Assembly: GCA_963663275.1 (NCBI GenBank)
Contig: OY760183.1
Location: 288,001-352,000 of the forward strand
Reading direction: 5' to 3'
DNA length: 64,000 bases
Origin: Chloroflexota bacterium
GTDB lineage: Bacteria; Chloroflexota; UBA11872; VXOZ01
A program made the translations under genes and the position numbers. Below the pieces are notes generated by a model. It was not told where the DNA came from. It saw only the letters and a list, made by a program, of their open reading frames with translations, and ran no database searches. Positions 60,428-64,000 of the stretch are shown piece by piece. The stretch's first letter is position 1, and each line of letters opens with the position of its first letter.

Positions 60428-60677
60428 GCTGGCGCTTCGTGTAAGCTGGCGGAGGGCCGCCCGGGGGCGCCGGAACGCCGCCGCCCTGCCGCGTCTCCGC
60501 CCTCAATGCCCAACGACTCCGGTAGCGCAGGTTTGCAACCTGCGGCTCTCGATCCGGTAGCGTAGGTTTGTAACCTGCGTATCTTATGGGGTCAATCTCT
60601 TGCGCGTCAATATGTAACTGCGAAATGCCTCATGGCACGCCCGCCCTTGCCGACTTGGTGGCAGTTCCACGCGCGCA

Positions 60678-60920
60678 GGCGGGGGACAAGCCCCCGCGCT
60701 ACGTTGAGGCATGTCCTCCCCTCCAAACCGGCGCAGGTTGCAAACCTACGCTACTAAGGCGGCGGGGGGCAAGCCTCCGCGCTACGTTGAGGCGTGTCCT
60801 CCGCTCCAAACCGGCGCAGGTTGCAAACCTACGCTACTAAGGCGGCGGGGGGCAAGCCTCCGCGCTACGTTGAGGCGTGTCCTCCGCTCCAAACCGGCGC
60901 AGGTTGCAAACCTACGCTAC
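60678..60920. repeat. 83-bp tandem REP-pair array x3
   Basis: GCTACGTTGAGG recurs at 60698, 60781 and 60864. Confidence 0.92.
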
Positions 60921-60960
60921 CAAGTCGGCGGGAGCAAACACCACGAGCGTAAACAGGCTC

Positions 60961-61986
60961 TCACACCGTATCCAACGACACGATCCGCTGCTCCTCCACC
61001 GACTTGTACGCCCCCCGGATTAGGCGCAGCGTGGCGATGCCGTCGGCCAGGCCTTGCACCGGCGCTTCGCCGTTCTCCAGGCAGCCGATGAAGTGCTCGA
61101 TCTCGCGCGCGAACGTGTCGGGGACTTGCAATTCCTTCACCGCGGGCCGCTCCATGCCGTTCAGCATCACCTCGATGCGACCCGAACCCGCCGAGATCGT
61201 GCCCCGGTCGCCGACCACGTGGATCGAATAGCCCGACGGCAGGTTCATCGCCCACGAACTGAGGATCTGGCCGGTGGAACCGTTTTCAAACGTCACCATC
61301 ACCTGGGCCGTATCCTCGCCGTCGAGTTGCGGCAGGCGGTGGTTGGTGAGCAGCGCGCTCACGGTCAGGGCCGGCGAACCGGCCAGGTAGAGCAGGCGGT
61401 ACGTGGGGTGGTAGCCCGTGTCGATCAGTTCGCCGCCGCCCATAAACTCCCGCTTGGAACGCCAACTGCCGGGCGCGTGGGAAGCGAGCGCGGCGGAACC
61501 GGTCCTGATGTACGGCCGGCTCAGGAAGCAGTCGGCGGAGTGGATCCAGTAGACGTCGCCCACCAGGCCGTCGTCGATGCGCGGCTTGATTGCCTGCACC
61601 GACTCCGTGAAGACCTGGTTGTGGGCGCACATGAGCGTGACGCCGCCGGCCTCCACCGCCGCTTCGATTTCTTTGGCCTCGTCCATGTCCAGGCAGAGCG
61701 GCTTTTCGATGAGGATGTGCTTCTTGGCTTCCGCCGCCGCCACCGCGGCCTCTTTGTGCACGTGGTGCGGCAGGCAGATGTCCACCGCGTCCACGCTGGG
61801 GTTTTGCAGCAATTCGCGGTAGTCCGAGTAGACCTGCGCGCCGCCCACCTGCGCCGCCCGCGCCTGCGCGGCGGAGTCGACCACGTCCGCCACCGCCACC
61901 ACCTTGGCGCGGTCGTTGTTGGCGTTCCAGCCGCGCGCGTGGCCGTTGCTGATACCGCCGCATCCGATAATGCCTACGCCTAACAT
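60961..61986 (-). CDS. Gfo/Idh/MocA oxidoreductase
   Basis: GIIGCGGI, IEKPL, DTGYH. Confidence 0.92.
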   Translation of the reverse strand: MLGVGIIGCGGISNGHARGWNANNDRAKVVAVADVVDSAAQARAAQVGGAQVYSDYRELLQNPSVDAVDICLPHHVHKEAAVAAAEAKKHILIEKPLCLDMDEAKEIEAAVEAGGVTLMCAHNQVFTESVQAIKPRIDDGLVGDVYWIHSADCFLSRPYIRTGSAALASHAPGSWRSKREFMGGGELIDTGYHPTYRLLYLAGSPALTVSALLTNHRLPQLDGEDTAQVMVTFENGSTGQILSSWAMNLPSGYSIHVVGDRGTISAGSGRIEVMLNGMERPAVKELQVPDTFAREIEHFIGCLENGEAPVQGLADGIATLRLIRGAYKSVEEQRIVSLDTV

Positions 61987-62149
61987 TCGCGCTTGCGTCC
62001 TTTCCTGATACAATGAGCGTGTCCGACCGGCAAGACATTACCTATTATGAGCGTTTCCGCGCGGTGCGCAAATAGGGGAGGCAATGCGGCAAAGCGGCGG
62101 CTGACCGGTTGGAGGCGCGCCCACCGCGAAACAGCGGGAGGAACAAGCC

Positions 62150-62410
62150 ATGGCGACAGCCTTGCTGGATACCATGGGAGAATCAAAGGACACCTTAGCG
62201 ATGAAAGCCGACTTGGATGCCCTCCGTCAAGCGGTGAGAGAACAGGCAACCAATGCCGACGCGCGAGCACTGGAAGCGCGCATTGATAGAATGGAAACGC
62301 GTATCAGCACGCACGAATACACGTTTGCCATTGGCGTGATATTGTTCGTGGCAGGCGTGCTGCAAGTGGCGGCCATCGGACTGCTTTTCGCTTACTTCCT
62401 GCCTGGCTAA
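62150..62410 (+). CDS. Small coiled-coil/TM protein (DUF1640-like)
   Basis: AMKADL / ATNADA repeats and a C-terminal TM helix; GGAGG RBS. Confidence 0.65.
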   Translation: MATALLDTMGESKDTLAMKADLDALRQAVREQATNADARALEARIDRMETRISTHEYTFAIGVILFVAGVLQVAAIGLLFAYFLPG

Positions 62411-62500
62411 CCCCATTCGCGCAGCAATCTGTCCCCCGCCAAACGCAGAAGCCGTAGCGCGGGGGCTTGTCCCCCGCCGGATTGCGAAGGATACCCACTC

Positions 62501-63505
62501 ATGCAGACAACCCAAATCGTCTTTCCCGAACGAAACCGGGTCGCGCTCGAATCCGCCGCGCTGCCGGAACTCGGACCCCACGACGTGCTCGTGCGCACCG
62601 AGGTCAGCGGCATCAGCGCCGGCACCGAACTCTCCAACCTCCTGGGGAATCTCAATTATGACAACTTCCCCAAGTATCCCGGCTACTCCAACGTCGGCAT
62701 CGTGGAGCGCGTCGGCGGCGACGTCACCGGCTTCAGCGAGGGCGACCGGGTGCTCAGCAACGGCCGGCACGCCTCGCACCACGTCGTCAGCCGCGCCGCC
62801 GGCCGCGCGGGCGCGCCCCAGACGCTGCTGCGCGTGCCGGACGGCGTCGACCCGGCGGACGCCACCTTCACCACCCTCGGCGCGGTCGCCATGCACGGCA
62901 TCCGCAAGGCCGAACCCAAGCTGGGGCAGTCCGCCGCCGTGGTCGGGCAGGGCGTGGTGGGACAACTCCTCTGCCAACTCCTGCGCCTGAACGGCGTCCA
63001 TCCGGTAATTGGCATCGACGTCTTCCCGTCCCGGCTGGAAGCGGGCGCGGAGAGCGGCACACCCGTGCTCATCAACCCGGCGGCAGAAGATCTCGTGCCG
63101 CGCGTGATGGCGGAAACGAACGGCGCGGGGGTCACCTACGGGTTCGACGCCACCCGCAGCGGCACCGCCCTGCGCGCGCTCATGGACATGGCCGCCCAGA
63201 GCGGCAAGATTCTCCTGGTCGGCAGCATCCCGCGCACCGTGGAGATTCCCCTCTTCGACCCGCTGCAGACCAAAGAACTCAGCATCATGGGCGTGCTCCA
63301 ACCGCGTTCGCCCATGGTCGAGCACGCCTACTATCCGTGGACGCAGGGGCGCAACCGGTCTGAGATTCTCGACCTGCTGGCGCGGCGGGCACTCCGCGTG
63401 GCGCATCTCATCACCCACCGCCTGGCGCCCACGGACGCGACGGCCGCCTACGACATGATCGCCCGCGGCGGGTCGGACTGGCTGGGCGTGGTCTTCGTTT
63501 GGTAG
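62501..63505 (+). CDS. MDR (zinc-binding-like) alcohol dehydrogenase
   Basis: ISAGTE, PGYS, GQGVVG. Confidence 0.9.
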   Translation: MQTTQIVFPERNRVALESAALPELGPHDVLVRTEVSGISAGTELSNLLGNLNYDNFPKYPGYSNVGIVERVGGDVTGFSEGDRVLSNGRHASHHVVSRAAGRAGAPQTLLRVPDGVDPADATFTTLGAVAMHGIRKAEPKLGQSAAVVGQGVVGQLLCQLLRLNGVHPVIGIDVFPSRLEAGAESGTPVLINPAAEDLVPRVMAETNGAGVTYGFDATRSGTALRALMDMAAQSGKILLVGSIPRTVEIPLFDPLQTKELSIMGVLQPRSPMVEHAYYPWTQGRNRSEILDLLARRALRVAHLITHRLAPTDATAAYDMIARGGSDWLGVVFVW

Positions 63506-63613
63506 AAAACGTAGCGCCTCACGGCATCCGTCCTGGCCGTTCATGCTTCGACAAGCTCAGCACGAACGGCCAGGACAGATGCCAAGACCCCTCACCCTAA
63601 CCCTCTCCCCCAG

Positions 63614-64000
63614 GAGACCTTTGCATAACTCCGTCATTCCGGTGAAAACCGGAATCCAGAGTGCTTTTACAACTAAATCTTGCATGAAGTCAAGCCATTT
63701 CGCCCCCCATCCCAACCTTCCCCCCAGTGGGGCTGACAGGGGTAGGCAAGTGTCATTCCGAGCGGAGCGAGGAATCTAGAACCGACGTTTTTGCAGCGAA
63801 AGCCTTAGATTCCGCGCTCTTAGCGACTCTCCGCTGCGCTCCGCTCGGAATGACACGTGAAGTCGATTAAAGAGTACATGCCCCTGTCAGCCCATCGAGG
63901 GGGGAAGGTTGGGATGGAGGTAAAAAAGGCTTGACCTTGAAATTTAGTTAGTTGAAAAGTCGTCTGGATTCCGGCTTTCGCCGGAATGAGAGAAAATTCT
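63614..64000. mobile_element. Composite MITE copy E (runs off the window; inner 63731-63892)
   Basis: Starts GAGACCTTTGCATAAC directly after a CCCTCACCCTAACCCTCTCCC half-hairpin. Confidence 0.8.

Noticed and set aside
60678-60920. CRISPR array
   Set aside because: 83-bp tandem duplication with identical linkers.

Overview
High-GC bacterial chromosomal segment, probably Chloroflexota (inferred from protein styles; not proven). It contains: a GOLPH3/GPP34-cytochrome P450 fusion with a tandem paralog, a Rieske pseudogene and an MMPL transporter; two tandem membrane-anchored thioredoxin-fold genes interrupted by in-frame TGA in UxxC/UxxS motifs (hidden selenoproteins); sugar-acid/amide catabolic genes; two ABC exporters; murD; and a low-GC NYN insert. 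The main signal is an intact 13 kb phage-derived virion module (36756-49769: terS-like, terL, portal, protease-capsid fusion, adaptor, short tail-like genes). It has no recognisable integrase, replication, endolysin or tape-measure gene, carries host REP/MITE elements in nearly every spacer, and faces a divergent LexA plus alternative sigma factor pair. This makes it a candidate domesticated gene-transfer-agent-like system. After it come a type II-like R-M pair, eda, a UbiD-family decarboxylase, a three-gene HyfB/E/F-like membrane module and oxidoreductases. Intergenic DNA is full of REP palindromes and nested MITEs with target-site duplications. No tRNA, rRNA, CRISPR array or transposase was seen. 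All family assignments are by motif recognition, not database search.
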